Assembly (NCBI GenBank): GCA_964543145.1 | Contig: CAZIWV010000020.1 | Span: forward strand, 2,802-66,801 | Length of the DNA stretch: 64,000 nucleotides | Direction: 5' to 3' | Source of the DNA: an uncultured Pseudomonas sp. | Lineage (GTDB): Bacteria > Pseudomonadota > Gammaproteobacteria > Pseudomonadales > Pseudomonadaceae | Shown: one piece after another, positions 47,481 through 56,362 of the stretch | Position numbering within the stretch: position 1 is the stretch's first letter | How the letters are laid out: every line of letters starts with the position of its first letter | Position numbers and translations under genes: made by a program | Notes under the pieces: generated by a model | The model's input: only the letters and a program-made list of their open reading frames with translations | What the model was told of the DNA's origin: nothing | Database searches by the model: none

Positions 47481-49286
47481 ATGCCTGATTACAAGGCCCC
47501 CTTGCGTGATATTCGTTTTGTACGTGACGAATTGCTCGGCTACGAAGCGCACTATCAGAGCCTGCCAGCTTGTGCTGACGCTACCCCTGACATGGTTGAT
47601 GCCATCCTTGAGGAAGGCGCCAAGTTTTGTGAGCAAGTGCTGTCACCTCTGAGCCGCGTTGGCGACCTGGAAGGCTGCACCTGGAGCGAGTCCGGCGTTA
47701 AAACTCCGACTGGCTTTAAAGAAGCCTACAAACAATACGTTGAAGGCGGCTGGCCGAGCCTGTCCCACGACGTCGAACACGGTGGTCAAGGCCTGCCTGA
47801 ATCGCTGGGCCTGGTGCTCAGCGAAATGGTCGGCAGCTCGAACTGGTCGTGGGGCATGTACCCAGGCCTGTCGCACGGTGCCATGAACACCATCTCTGAG
47901 CACGGCACTCCTGAGCAACAGCACACTTACCTGACCAAGCTGGTCTCCGGCGAGTGGACCGGCACCATGTGCCTGACCGAACCGCACTGCGGTACCGATC
48001 TGGGCATGCTGCGTACCAAAGCTGAACCGCAAGCGGACGGCTCGTACAAAGTATCCGGCACCAAAATCTTCATCTCCGCTGGCGAACACGACATGGCCGA
48101 TAACATCGTCCATATCGTTCTCGCTCGCCTGCCGGACGCCCCGCAGGGCACCAAAGGTATTTCGCTGTTTATCGTGCCGAAGTTCCTGCCAAGCGCAGAC
48201 GGCGGCGTGGGTAACCGTAACGCCGTTTCCTGTGGCTCGATCGAGCACAAAATGGGCATCCACGGTAACGCTACCTGCGTAATGAACTTTGATGGCGCCA
48301 CCGGTTTCCTGATCGGCCCAGCCAACAAAGGCCTGAACTGCATGTTCACCTTTATGAACACCGCTCGCCTGGGTACCGCGCTGCAAGGCCTGGCCCACGC
48401 TGAAATCGGTTTCCAAGGTGGTCTGAAATACGCCCGTGAACGTCTGCAAATGCGCTCGCTGACTGGCCCGAAAGCGCCGGACAAAGCCGCTGACCCGATC
48501 ATCGTGCACCCTGACGTACGCCGCATGCTGCTGACCATGAAAGCGTTCGCCGAAGGCAACCGCGCAATGGTCTACTTCACCGCCCAGCAAGTGGACATCG
48601 TCAAGTACAGCCAAGACGAAGAAGCCAAGAAGAAAGCCGACGCTCTGCTGGCCTTCCTCACGCCAATCGCCAAAGCGTTTATGACCGAAGTCGGCTTTGA
48701 AGCTGCCAACCACGGCGTGCAAATTTACGGCGGCCACGGCTTTATCGCCGAGTGGGGCATGGAGCAAAACGTTCGCGACAGCCGCATTTCCATGCTGTAC
48801 GAAGGCACCACCGGTATTCAGGCGCTCGACCTGCTGGGTCGTAAAGTTCTGCAAACCCAAGGCGAAGCCCTCAAAGGTTTCACCAAGATCGTGCACAAAT
48901 TTGTTCAGGCTAACGAAGGTAACGAGGCGATCGCCGAGTTCACCGGCCCGCTGGCTAAATTGAACAAAGAGTGGGGCGAGCTGACCATGAAAATTGGTAT
49001 GGCGGCCATGAAGGATCGCGAAGAAGTCGGCGCTGCGTCGGTGGACTACGTGATGTATTCCGGCTACGCCTGCCTGGCTTATTTCTGGGCCGATATGGCG
49101 CGCCTGGCGGCCGAAAAGCTGGCTGCTGGCACCAATGAAGAAGCCTTCTACAAGGCCAAGCTGCAAACCGCACGTTTCTACTTCCAGCGCATTCTGCCGC
49201 GTACCCGTGCGCACGTAGAAACCATGCTGTCTGGCGCTGGCAACTTGATGGACCTGGCCGAAGAAGATTTCGCCCTGGGCTACTAA
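47481..49286 (+). CDS. Long-type acyl-CoA dehydrogenase (FadE-like, ~600 aa with C-terminal extension), paralog 1
   Basis: [13 protein letters not shown].., [35 protein letters not shown]. 601 aa. Confidence 0.9.
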   Translation: MPDYKAPLRDIRFVRDELLGYEAHYQSLPACADATPDMVDAILEEGAKFCEQVLSPLSRVGDLEGCTWSESGVKTPTGFKEAYKQYVEGGWPSLSHDVEHGGQGLPESLGLVLSEMVGSSNWSWGMYPGLSHGAMNTISEHGTPEQQHTYLTKLVSGEWTGTMCLTEPHCGTDLGMLRTKAEPQADGSYKVSGTKIFISAGEHDMADNIVHIVLARLPDAPQGTKGISLFIVPKFLPSADGGVGNRNAVSCGSIEHKMGIHGNATCVMNFDGATGFLIGPANKGLNCMFTFMNTARLGTALQGLAHAEIGFQGGLKYARERLQMRSLTGPKAPDKAADPIIVHPDVRRMLLTMKAFAEGNRAMVYFTAQQVDIVKYSQDEEAKKKADALLAFLTPIAKAFMTEVGFEAANHGVQIYGGHGFIAEWGMEQNVRDSRISMLYEGTTGIQALDLLGRKVLQTQGEALKGFTKIVHKFVQANEGNEAIAEFTGPLAKLNKEWGELTMKIGMAAMKDREEVGAASVDYVMYSGYACLAYFWADMARLAAEKLAAGTNEEAFYKAKLQTARFYFQRILPRTRAHVETMLSGAGNLMDLAEEDFALGY

Positions 49287-49314
49287 GTTGTAACGGCTAC
49301 ACCGCTTGAAAAGA

Positions 49315-49347
49315 ACCGCTCGCCCTCACCGGCGGGCGGTTTTTTTA
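49315..49347 (+). terminator. Rho-independent terminator after acyl-CoA dehydrogenase 1
   Basis: ACCGCTCGCC-CTCACC-GGCGGGCGGT followed by TTTTTTT. Confidence 0.85.
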
Positions 49348-49377
49348 TGGGTGTTTGCAACACGTCTGTGGGGGGGG

Positions 49378-49412
49378 GCGCACACCGTGCGCGGACCGGC
49401 ACACCCTACGGA
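49378..49412. repeat. Degenerate REP-B family unit
   Basis: GGCGCACACCGTGCGCGGACCGGCACACCCTACGG. Confidence 0.6.
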
Positions 49413-49543
49413 CCACTGCACGATCGCTCTTGCAGGGTTGTGAGCGCGGCGCGTAAGGGCAAAACCTCACGCGGCGCACAAACTCGATACGAACGGGTGC
49501 CGAACGCGTTAGAAGTAGGCAAAATGCCAGCGGTTTGTCGCCT

Positions 49544-50863
49544 ATGTCTGGCGACCGGTGGATCAAAGCCGTGGATCGCTTAAAAGCAGTTCGTCTCAGC
49601 CATTTCCTTCCCTCATTGCTGTTGCTGGTTGCAGGGATGGCGGCTGCCAGCCTGACGCTGCTCAACGAATTCTTTACCTCCCTATTTAACGTGCTGCCTA
49701 CGCTGTTGCTCAGCCTTGGCGGCGCGTTTTGTCTGATCTATTCCCGCCAGCGCGAGCTGTTTCTGCTGGTGGTGGTGTATTGCGCCTACTTTGTGCTCGA
49801 CACCCAGGCTGACTATTTCCGTAACACTGGCAAAGCCCGCGATGATGCGGCCCTGGTGTTCCACCTGTGCAGCCTGTTGCTGCCGCTGCTCTACGGCATC
49901 TACGCCGGTTGGCAGGAGCGCACCCATCTGGTCCGCGATCTGGTGGCCCGTGCCGCTGTGCTGTTGGCCATTGGCGCCGTGGCATTGGGCCTGGCGCAGC
50001 GTTATCCACAGGGCATGCTGGAGTGGTTGGCGCAAATCCGTTGGCCGTCGTTGCATGGCGAATGGATGAGCATGGTGCAACTGGCCTACCCGATTTTTCT
50101 GTTGGCGTTTATCGGTCTTGTCGCCCAATACATCCGCAAGCCTCGGCCGCTGCATGCCGCGCAGATTGTCGGGCTGATCGGTTTGTTCTGGATGCTGCCG
50201 AAAACCTTTCTGTTGCCCCACGGCCTCAATGTAATGAGCAGCCAAGTCATGCTGATTCTGGCCGTAGCCGTGGCGCACGAGGCTTATCAAATGGCCTTTC
50301 GTGATGAGCTGACCGGCTTGCCCGGCCGCCGCTCGTTGAACGAACGCCTGCCGCGCCTGGGGCGCAACTATGTGATCGCCATGGCCGATGTTGACCACTT
50401 CAAGAAATTTAACGACACCCACGGCCACGATGTTGGTGACCAAGTGCTGCGTGTGGTCGCCAACCAACTGCGCAAGATCGGCGGTGGCGGCAAGGCCTAC
50501 CGCTATGGCGGTGAGGAGTTCACCTTGGTGTTTTCCGGCAAGACGCTGGAAGAATGCAAGCCGCACTTGGAAGTGGTACGTCAGGCAGTGGAAAGCTATG
50601 TGATCCAGCTGCGCGACAAAGGCAATCGCCCGCAAAACGACAACAAAGGCAAACAGCGTCGTGGTGCGGCCGCGGCTACCAGCGTGACGGTCACGGTCAG
50701 CATCGGTGTGGCAGAAAAAGAAAACGACCAACGCACCCCGGAAGAGGTGATCAAGGCCGCCGACCGTGCGCTGTACGCGGCCAAGGCGGCGGGGCGCAAC
50801 TGCGTGGTTCAGCATGGCCAGAACCGCCGTGGCGCGGTTCGCGTCGCCACTCCCGCGCAATAG
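49544..50863 (+). CDS. Membrane-bound diguanylate cyclase (multi-TM N-terminal domain plus GGDEF)
   Basis: ATG 49544 (the ORF-track start at 49535 is TTG). About 7 TM helices, then a GGDEF domain with an intact GGEEF site (YRYGGEEF). No RxxD I-site 5 residues upstream. Confidence 0.85.
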   Translation: MSGDRWIKAVDRLKAVRLSHFLPSLLLLVAGMAAASLTLLNEFFTSLFNVLPTLLLSLGGAFCLIYSRQRELFLLVVVYCAYFVLDTQADYFRNTGKARDDAALVFHLCSLLLPLLYGIYAGWQERTHLVRDLVARAAVLLAIGAVALGLAQRYPQGMLEWLAQIRWPSLHGEWMSMVQLAYPIFLLAFIGLVAQYIRKPRPLHAAQIVGLIGLFWMLPKTFLLPHGLNVMSSQVMLILAVAVAHEAYQMAFRDELTGLPGRRSLNERLPRLGRNYVIAMADVDHFKKFNDTHGHDVGDQVLRVVANQLRKIGGGGKAYRYGGEEFTLVFSGKTLEECKPHLEVVRQAVESYVIQLRDKGNRPQNDNKGKQRRGAAAATSVTVTVSIGVAEKENDQRTPEEVIKAADRALYAAKAAGRNCVVQHGQNRRGAVRVATPAQ

Positions 50864-50995
50864 CCTCGGCTCGCGCGGCCGCTGCGCTTATAGGCGCGCA
50901 TTCAGCGCGCGCACGGTGATTGTCCCAGGCAGCGGGCCGGCAGTAGCGTGTCGGCCTCGAAGACGCTTACCGCGTCCCTGCCAAGGAGAATCTCC

Positions 50996-52789
50996 ATGCC
51001 CGAATACAAGGCTCCCCTGCGCGACATGCGCTTTCTGGTCGACGAAGTGTTCGACTTCCACGCCGGCTACGCGGCCATGGGCGCAACCGACGCCTCGCCG
51101 GACATGGTCAATGCCATCCTTGAAGAAGGGGCGAAGTTCTGCGAGCAAGTGATCGCACCGCTGAACCGTTCCGGCGACGAAGAGGAATGCCAATTCGACA
51201 ATGGTGTGGTGACCACCCCCAAGGGCTTTAAAGAAGCCTTCGAACAATTCGCTGAAGGCGGCTGGATGAGCCTGTCGGTCGACCCCACTTACGGCGGCCA
51301 AGGCCTGCCGCACTCCCTGGGCCTGCTGTTCAGCGAAATGATCGGCTCCAGCAACTACGCCTGGGGCATGTACCCAGGCCTGACCCAAGGCGCCATGGCC
51401 GCCATCTACGCCCACGGCACCGAAGAGCAAAAGCAGGCCTACCTGACCCGTATGACCGCCGCCAGCTGGACCGGCACCATGTGCCTGACCGAAGCCCACT
51501 GCGGCACCGACCTGGGCCTGATCAAAACCCGCGCCGTGCCCCAGGCCGACGGCAGCTACGTACTCACCGGCAGCAAGATTTTTATCTCCTCCGGTGAGCA
51601 CGATATGAGCAACAACATCGTCCACCTGGTGCTGGCCAAATTGCCGGATGCGCCCGCTGGCACCAAAGGCATCTCGCTGTTTATCGTGCCCAAGTTTCTG
51701 CCGGGCGCCGACGGTGAAGCCGGCGAGCGTAACGCGGTGAGCTGCGGCTCTATCGAACACAAAATGGGCATCAAAGGCTCAGCCACCTGCGTGATCAACT
51801 TTGATAACGCCAAGGGCTTCCTGATCGGTGAGCTGAACAAAGGCCTCAACTGCATGTTCACCATGATGAACCATGCACGCTTGGGCACTGGTATGCAGGG
51901 CTTGTGCTTGGGTGAAACCAGCTACCAAGGCGCGTTGAAATACGCCACTGAGCGTCTGCAAATGCGCTCGCTGACTGGCGCCAAAGCCCCGGAGAAATCC
52001 GCCGATCCGATCATCGTCCACCCCGACGTGCGGCGCATGCTGCTGACCATGAAAGCCTTTAACGAAGGCAACCGCGCCCTGGCCTACTTCTGTGCGCAGC
52101 TGCTTGATGAGTTGCATGCCGAAAGCGCCGAACAACGGCAGCAAGCCGAAGACCTGCTGGCCTTCCTCACGCCGATCTGCAAAGCCTTTATGACCGAGAC
52201 CGGTCTTGAGGTAACCAACCACGGTATGCAGGTGTTCGGCGGCCATGGCTTTATCCGCGAATGGGGCATGGAACAGCTGGTACGTGACTGCCGTATCGCC
52301 CTGCTATACGAAGGCACCAACGGCATTCAGGCCCTCGACTTGCTCGGCCGCAAGGTGCTCGGCAGCCAAGGCAAACTGCTGCGCGGCTTTACCAAGCTGG
52401 TGCACAAGTTCTGCGAAGCCAACGCTGCCCACCCGCAGCTGCAAGCGCAGTTCGGCCAGCTCGCGGCGTTGAACAAAGACTGGGGCGAACTGACCACCAA
52501 AGTCGGCATGGCAGCGATGAAAAACCCCGATGAAGTAGGCGCTGCGGCCACCGACTACCTGATGTTCTCCGGCTACATCGTGCTCGCCTACTTCTGGCTG
52601 CGTATGGCTGTGGTGGCTCAGGAAAAACTCGACGCCGGCAGCGGCGATGCCGAGTTCTACAAAGCCAAACTGGCGACCTCCGACTTCTACTTCAAACGTC
52701 TGCTGCCGCGCACCTTGGTGCACCGTGCGGGTGTGGAGGCCGGCAGCGAAAGCCTGATGCGTCTGCCGGCCGAGCAGTTCGGCAGCTAA
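50996..52789 (+). CDS. Long-type acyl-CoA dehydrogenase, paralog 2
   Basis: ATG 50996 follows AAGGAG. MPEYKAPLRDMRF.., GTMCLTEAHCGTDLG, ISSGEHDM, YEGTNGIQALDL. Confidence 0.9.
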   Translation: MPEYKAPLRDMRFLVDEVFDFHAGYAAMGATDASPDMVNAILEEGAKFCEQVIAPLNRSGDEEECQFDNGVVTTPKGFKEAFEQFAEGGWMSLSVDPTYGGQGLPHSLGLLFSEMIGSSNYAWGMYPGLTQGAMAAIYAHGTEEQKQAYLTRMTAASWTGTMCLTEAHCGTDLGLIKTRAVPQADGSYVLTGSKIFISSGEHDMSNNIVHLVLAKLPDAPAGTKGISLFIVPKFLPGADGEAGERNAVSCGSIEHKMGIKGSATCVINFDNAKGFLIGELNKGLNCMFTMMNHARLGTGMQGLCLGETSYQGALKYATERLQMRSLTGAKAPEKSADPIIVHPDVRRMLLTMKAFNEGNRALAYFCAQLLDELHAESAEQRQQAEDLLAFLTPICKAFMTETGLEVTNHGMQVFGGHGFIREWGMEQLVRDCRIALLYEGTNGIQALDLLGRKVLGSQGKLLRGFTKLVHKFCEANAAHPQLQAQFGQLAALNKDWGELTTKVGMAAMKNPDEVGAAATDYLMFSGYIVLAYFWLRMAVVAQEKLDAGSGDAEFYKAKLATSDFYFKRLLPRTLVHRAGVEAGSESLMRLPAEQFGS

Positions 52790-52799
52790 GGTTGCAGTG

Positions 52800-52837
52800 A
52801 AACAAACAAGCCCGCTTTCAAGCGGGCTTGTTTGTTT
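52800..52837 (+). terminator. Rho-independent terminator after acyl-CoA dehydrogenase 2
   Basis: Perfect 17-bp stem AAACAAACAAGCCCGCT / AGCGGGCTTGTTTGTTT with loop TTCA. Confidence 0.9.
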
Positions 52838-52878
52838 ATGGGGGCGATCAACGGGCTTGGAGCTGAAGGTGCTAGAGC

Positions 52879-52987
52879 TCCCCTCGCCCGTTTACGGGAG
52901 AGGGGTTGGGGGAGAGGGGTGGGCCGCTCCAATTTTTACAAGCAAAAGCACCCTCACCCTAGCCCTCTCCCGCAAGCGGGAGAGGGA
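52879..52987. repeat. Two REP-A family units
   Basis: TCCCCTCGCCCGTTTACGGGAGAGGGGTTGGGGGAGAGGGG and CCCTCACCCTAGCCCTCTCCCGCAAGCGGGAGAGGG. Confidence 0.85.
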
Positions 52988-53133
52988 ACTGACCGTGTTC
53001 ATCGTTGTGACTGATGCGTGACTTATCGGTCTCACCATGACCCTATGTGTCTGAAAAGTTGTTCGGGTAAACTCCGAAGCCTGCGTCATCCCGGCCCAAG
53101 GGCCGCACTGTTAGATCGTTCGAGGATCGTCAC

Positions 53134-54912
53134 ATGGCCGACTACAAAGCACCCCTGCGCGATATGCGTTTTGTCCTCAATGAAGTGTTTGAGGTTTCCA
53201 AGCTCTGGCAGCAACTGCCTGCATTGGCGGAAATCGTCGATGCCGACACCGCCGAGGCGATCCTCGAAGAAGCTGGCAAGGTCACTGCCAAAACCATCGC
53301 CCCGCTAAACCGTAGCGGTGATGAAGAAGGCTGCCGCTGGAATAACACCGTGGTCAGCACCCCGGCCGGTTTCCCTGAAGCCTACAAAATTTACGGCGAA
53401 GGCGGCTGGGTGGGCGTTGGTGGCGACCCGGCCTACGGCGGCATGGGCATGCCGAAAGTGCTCGGCGCGCAAGTTGAGGAAATGCTCAACGCCGCCAACT
53501 TGTCGTTTGGCCTGTACCCGATGCTGACGGCAGGCGCTTGCTTGTCGATCAACGCCCACGCCAGCGAAGAGCTGAAAGAGACCTACCTGCCGAATATGTA
53601 TGCCGGCGTTTGGGCAGGCTCGATGTGCCTGACCGAGCCGCACTCGGGCACCGACCTGGGCATTATCCGCACCAAGGCCGAGCCGCAGGCAGATGGCTCG
53701 TTTAAAGTCACCGGCACGAAAATCTTTATCACCGGCGGCGAGCACGACCTGACCGAAAACATCATTCACCTGGTGCTGGCCAAGCTGCCGGACGCGCCAG
53801 CGGGCTCGAAAGGTATTTCGCTGTTTCTCGTGCCGAAGTTTATGGTCAATGCCGACGGCAGCCTGGGCGAGCGCAACACCCTGAGCTGCGGTTCAATCGA
53901 GCACAAGATGGGCATCCAGGGTTCGGCTACCTGCGTGATGAACTTCGACGGCGCCACCGGCTACATCATCGACGGCCCGAACCGCGGCCTGGCGGCGATG
54001 TTCACCATGATGAACTACGAGCGTTTGGGCGTTGGCATTCAGGGCTTGGCCGCTGGCGAACGTTCCTATCAGAGCGCTATCGAATACGCCCGTGACCGTC
54101 TGCAAAGCCGTGCGCCGACCGGCCCGGTCGCCAAAGACAAAGTGGCCGACCCGATCATCGTGCATCCCGATGTGCGTCGCATGCTGTTGACCATGAAAGC
54201 CCTTAACGAAGGCGGTCGCGCGTTCTCCAGCTACGTCGCCATGCAGCTCGACACCGCCAAGTTCAGCGAAGACACCACCACGCGTAAGCGCGCCGATGAG
54301 CTAGTGGCGTTGTTGACGCCTGTGGCCAAAGCCTTCCTTACCGACCTCGGTCTGGAAACCACTGTGCATGGCCAGCAGATTTTCGGTGGCCATGGCTTTA
54401 TCCGCGAATGGGGCCAAGAGCAACTGGTGCGTGACGTGCGCATTACCCAGATCTACGAAGGCACCAACGGCATTCAGGCGCTGGACTTGGTAGGGCGCAA
54501 AATCGTCGGCAGCGGCGGTGCGTTCTACAAACACTTCGCCGATGAAATCAAAGCCTTCACTGGCAGCGCCGATGCCTCGCTGGCTGAGTTTGTTGAACCG
54601 TTGAAAGCTGCCGTCGCCAACCTTGACGACCTGACCGCCTGGCTGCTGGAAAGCGCCAAAGGCAATCCGAATGAAATCGGTGCGGCCTCGGTGGAATACC
54701 TGCACGTGTTTGGCTACACCGCCTATGCCTACATGTGGGCACTGATGGCCCGTGCCGCACTGGGCAAAGAAGGCCAGGACGAGTTCTACGCCAGCAAGCT
54801 GGGCACTGCGCGTTTCTACTTCGCCCGTCTGCTGCCGCGTATTCACTCGCTGACGGCGTCGGTTAAAGCGGGTAGCGAATCGCTGTACCTGCTGGATGCT
54901 GCGCAGTTCTGA
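53134..54912 (+). CDS. Long-type acyl-CoA dehydrogenase, paralog 3
   Basis: [13 protein letters not shown].., GSMCLTEPHSGTDLG, ITGGEHDL, YEGTNGIQALDL. 592 aa. Confidence 0.9.
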   Translation: MADYKAPLRDMRFVLNEVFEVSKLWQQLPALAEIVDADTAEAILEEAGKVTAKTIAPLNRSGDEEGCRWNNTVVSTPAGFPEAYKIYGEGGWVGVGGDPAYGGMGMPKVLGAQVEEMLNAANLSFGLYPMLTAGACLSINAHASEELKETYLPNMYAGVWAGSMCLTEPHSGTDLGIIRTKAEPQADGSFKVTGTKIFITGGEHDLTENIIHLVLAKLPDAPAGSKGISLFLVPKFMVNADGSLGERNTLSCGSIEHKMGIQGSATCVMNFDGATGYIIDGPNRGLAAMFTMMNYERLGVGIQGLAAGERSYQSAIEYARDRLQSRAPTGPVAKDKVADPIIVHPDVRRMLLTMKALNEGGRAFSSYVAMQLDTAKFSEDTTTRKRADELVALLTPVAKAFLTDLGLETTVHGQQIFGGHGFIREWGQEQLVRDVRITQIYEGTNGIQALDLVGRKIVGSGGAFYKHFADEIKAFTGSADASLAEFVEPLKAAVANLDDLTAWLLESAKGNPNEIGAASVEYLHVFGYTAYAYMWALMARAALGKEGQDEFYASKLGTARFYFARLLPRIHSLTASVKAGSESLYLLDAAQF

Positions 54913-54930
54913 TAACGGCAAAGCGCTAAC

Positions 54931-54960
54931 AAAAAGCCCCGCAATTGCGGGGCTTTTTAT
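54931..54960. terminator. Rho-independent terminator (A-run and T-run, usable in both directions)
   Basis: AAAAA-GCCCCGC-AATT-GCGGGGC-TTTTT. Confidence 0.9.
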
Positions 54961-55029
54961 TGGGCAACGATGCGGATGCCCGGTAAGTTGTGCCTTGCGC
55001 ACCAAGCGGTTTGCGCCACTCCTGCACCT

Positions 55030-55102
55030 GGGTCCCCGCCTGCGCGGGGACGACGGTGAGCGCTCGGACGATATCCGTCATTCCCGCGTAGGCGGGAATC
55101 CA
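55030..55102. repeat. REP-C family inverted doublet
   Basis: GGGTCCCCGCCTGCGCGGGGACGACGG ... CGTCATTCCCGCGTAGGCGGGAATCCA. Confidence 0.85.
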
Positions 55103-55167
55103 GAATTCAGATCGTGGCGCCGTGTAGGCCTTAACGCGGTGTGCCCTTGGTGGCTACTTTTCAGACG

Positions 55168-55827
55168 TTATTCCTGGGTTAACTGATCCGCCGCCGCTGG
55201 CGCATCAATGTAGCGATTGCGGGTGCCTTGGAGCGCTTCGATCTGGTCGTTGCGAGCCTTTTCCTCGGCATCTGGCGGGTCAATCTGGTTCCAGCGTTTG
55301 TACATTTGCAGTTGGCCGACAATAGGTAGGCCGTATTCGCTGCGCATATAGAAAATGGCGCGGGCGACATTGCCCTTGGCGCTGTCCGGCGGCTCAATCA
55401 GTTGAAAGCTGGCTTTGAGCTGGCAGCCAATATCGCTGAACTTGCTCGACACCCCTTCGCCCAGCTCACCGAACTGAGAATTGCGCCGGGCTAATTCCAC
55501 CAGGCTGAGCGCCGGATACATGTTGTGCAGGTCGCTCAACATGTAGGGAAATTGTGGGTTGGTTTCAGCGCATTGGCCGTCGGTCACACAGCGCAACGCC
55601 GACTTAATCTGCTTAGCGCCGTATACCAGGCTGGCGGTTACTTGGCCGCGTTCGCCGGTGAATGGCTTGGCGCAATACAGCGTGGTGCCGCCTTTGGCGT
55701 AGAGCTGTTGCCAAAAGAATTGGTCAACGGCGACCTTCGGATCAGAAAGCTGATTTTGCCCGCCGGCAACCGCGTAAGAACAAGCGCAAAACGTTAAACC
55801 AACAAGGGCAACTGCTACTGCGCGCAT
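55168..55827 (-). CDS. Secreted endonuclease I (EndA/Vvn) family-like protein, catalytic motif apparently substituted
   Basis: Start at M52 of the ORF (MRAVAVALVGLTFCACSYAVA signal peptide). Family-like motifs DLHNMYPA, KGNVARAIFYM, W..IDPP..EE.ARND.I..LQGTRNRYI. The position of the EWEHVVPA motif reads TASLVYGA. Confidence 0.6.
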   Translation of the reverse strand: MRAVAVALVGLTFCACSYAVAGGQNQLSDPKVAVDQFFWQQLYAKGGTTLYCAKPFTGERGQVTASLVYGAKQIKSALRCVTDGQCAETNPQFPYMLSDLHNMYPALSLVELARRNSQFGELGEGVSSKFSDIGCQLKASFQLIEPPDSAKGNVARAIFYMRSEYGLPIVGQLQMYKRWNQIDPPDAEEKARNDQIEALQGTRNRYIDAPAAADQLTQE

Positions 55828-55948
55828 GAGACAAACCCCAGGGAACTGCTCGGTCGGTGTTTTTGGTTTTGTTGTTTTGTAGGACGATCCGAGTCTAACA
55901 AGACCCAGTTCACAAAATAAACCCGGACTAAGGCATGGTTTAAACATG

Positions 55949-55966
55949 TGTAAGCCAAAGCTTACA
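55949..55966. promoter_or_regulatory. GacA-binding upstream activating sequence (GacA box)
   Basis: Perfect palindrome TGTAAG-CCAAAG-CTTACA, matching the consensus TGTAAG-N6-CTTACA. It ends about 55 nt upstream of the proposed sRNA start, placing its centre near -65. Confidence 0.85.
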
Positions 55967-56021
55967 AAGCGTGCTGGCAATTGGCGCTATCGCCAAACTC
56001 CGCTCGTCGCTACTCTGCTGC

Positions 56022-56149
56022 CCATGGACGTTGCGCAGGAAGCGCCTAGGAACCTACAAGGACACGCTGGATTTCCATCAGGAAGATGGTCGATTACGGA
56101 TGTCAGGACACAGTCTGCAAAGCCCCGCTTCGGCGGGGTTTTCTTTTTT
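56022..56149 (+). ncRNA. rsmY: Gac/Rsm-family small RNA, RsmY-like (5' end approximate to within +/-5 nt)
   Basis: ~125-nt segment with no credible coding potential and 8 GGA motifs (ATGGAC, CAGGAA, TAGGAA, AAGGAC, CTGGAT, CAGGAA, ACGGAT, CAGGAC). 5' GCGCAGGAAGCGC and 3' CUGCAAAGCCCCGC-UUCG-GCGGGGU plus a U-tract match my memory of Pseudomonas RsmY. Preceded by a GacA box. Confidence 0.8.
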
Positions 56150-56192
56150 CGGGATTTTTTTCCCGTACGAGTTTTCGCGCTTTACCGCGCAT

Positions 56193-56226
56193 AAAAAAAC
56201 ACCGGCCTGGCGCCGGTGTTTTTTTA
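56193..56226 (-). terminator. Rho-independent terminator downstream of the FMN reductase gene (bidirectional A/T runs)
   Basis: AAAAAAA-CACCGGC-CTGGC-GCCGGTG-TTTTTTT. Confidence 0.85.
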
Positions 56227-56362
56227 TGCCTGCAGCTCAGGCTGGCCGCCTCAATTGCGCCCTGGTTGTTGCGGCGTTTTTATGCACCGTTGCCGCCGCG
56301 CCTAGCGCAAAGAGGATCAGCACCACCGACGAACCGATCGTGCCGAAACCCAGCCCGCCTGG

